Shown here: positions 63,855 to 64,000 of the stretch, in pieces
How the letters are laid out: every line of letters begins with the position of its first letter
How positions within the stretch are numbered: position 1 is the first letter of the stretch
Assembly: GCA_028534125.1 (NCBI GenBank)
Contig: CM052845.1
Coordinates: forward strand, 17,298,001 to 17,362,000
Source of the DNA: Lama glama
Lineage: Eukaryota
DNA: 64,000 bases
Direction: 5' to 3'
The notes under the pieces: model-generated
The model's database searches: none
What the model was told of the DNA's origin: nothing
What the model saw: only the letters and a program-made list of their open reading frames with translations
Translations under genes and position numbers: made by a program

Positions 63855-64000
63855 TCGTTTGTTTGTTTTCTTTAAATGAATGCGGTGTAGGTCAATTTTA
63901 CATGCAGTGAAATACAAATCTTCAGTGGACCCTTTAGTGAGTTTTAATAAATGTGTCCACCACGAACCCAAACCAAACATGGCACACCTCCGTCACACCC
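63855..64000 (-). mobile_element. L1MC/L1ME-like 3' end (runs off window)
   Basis: T-rich tail then TTTTACATGCAGTGAAATACAAATCTTCAGTG...TGAGTTTTAATAAATGTGTCCAC. Confidence 0.65.

Larger units (their letters stand above)
55574..64000 (-). other. TENM3: TENM3 intron upstream of the visible exon
   Basis: No ORF matching the first coding exon (MDVKERRPYCSLTK...) here; repeat-containing non-coding sequence. Confidence 0.75.

Noticed and set aside
1-64000. CRISPR array, operon or other prokaryote-type or novel multi-gene system
   Set aside because: The sequence is mammalian intron with typical eutherian repeats; no regularly spaced repeat-spacer array or gene cluster is present.

Overview
Mammalian genomic DNA, very probably camelid (camel/alpaca/vicuna), based on three tRNA-Ala-derived vic-1-type SINEs and an artiodactyl-type Tigger1 deletion derivative. 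The window appears to lie entirely inside the teneurin-3 gene (TENM3/ODZ3), transcribed on the minus strand. Only one coding exon is visible (55238-55337, [33 protein letters not shown], intracellular domain), and its 5' part is hidden in an assembly gap. The rest is intron: a full-length RPS27 processed pseudogene with target-site duplications (TSDs), several L1 fragments (one with a twin-priming inversion), L2/MIR relics, Tigger1 and MER5 DNA-transposon relics, a MER31-like solo LTR, a probable second solo LTR nested in an L1, microsatellites, five N-gaps and several repeat-free blocks that look like conserved regulatory elements. Apart from the TENM3 exon and the RPS27 and L1 ORF1 remnants, the listed ORFs look spurious. 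I do not see a novel multi-gene system. The best leads are a strong AT-to-GC substitution bias in the RPS27 retrocopy, a pair of candidate micro-exons about 1.5 kb downstream of the TENM3 exon, and the sense-oriented putative LTR. Repeat family names come from remembered consensus sequences, not database searches, and the boundaries of old repeats are approximate.
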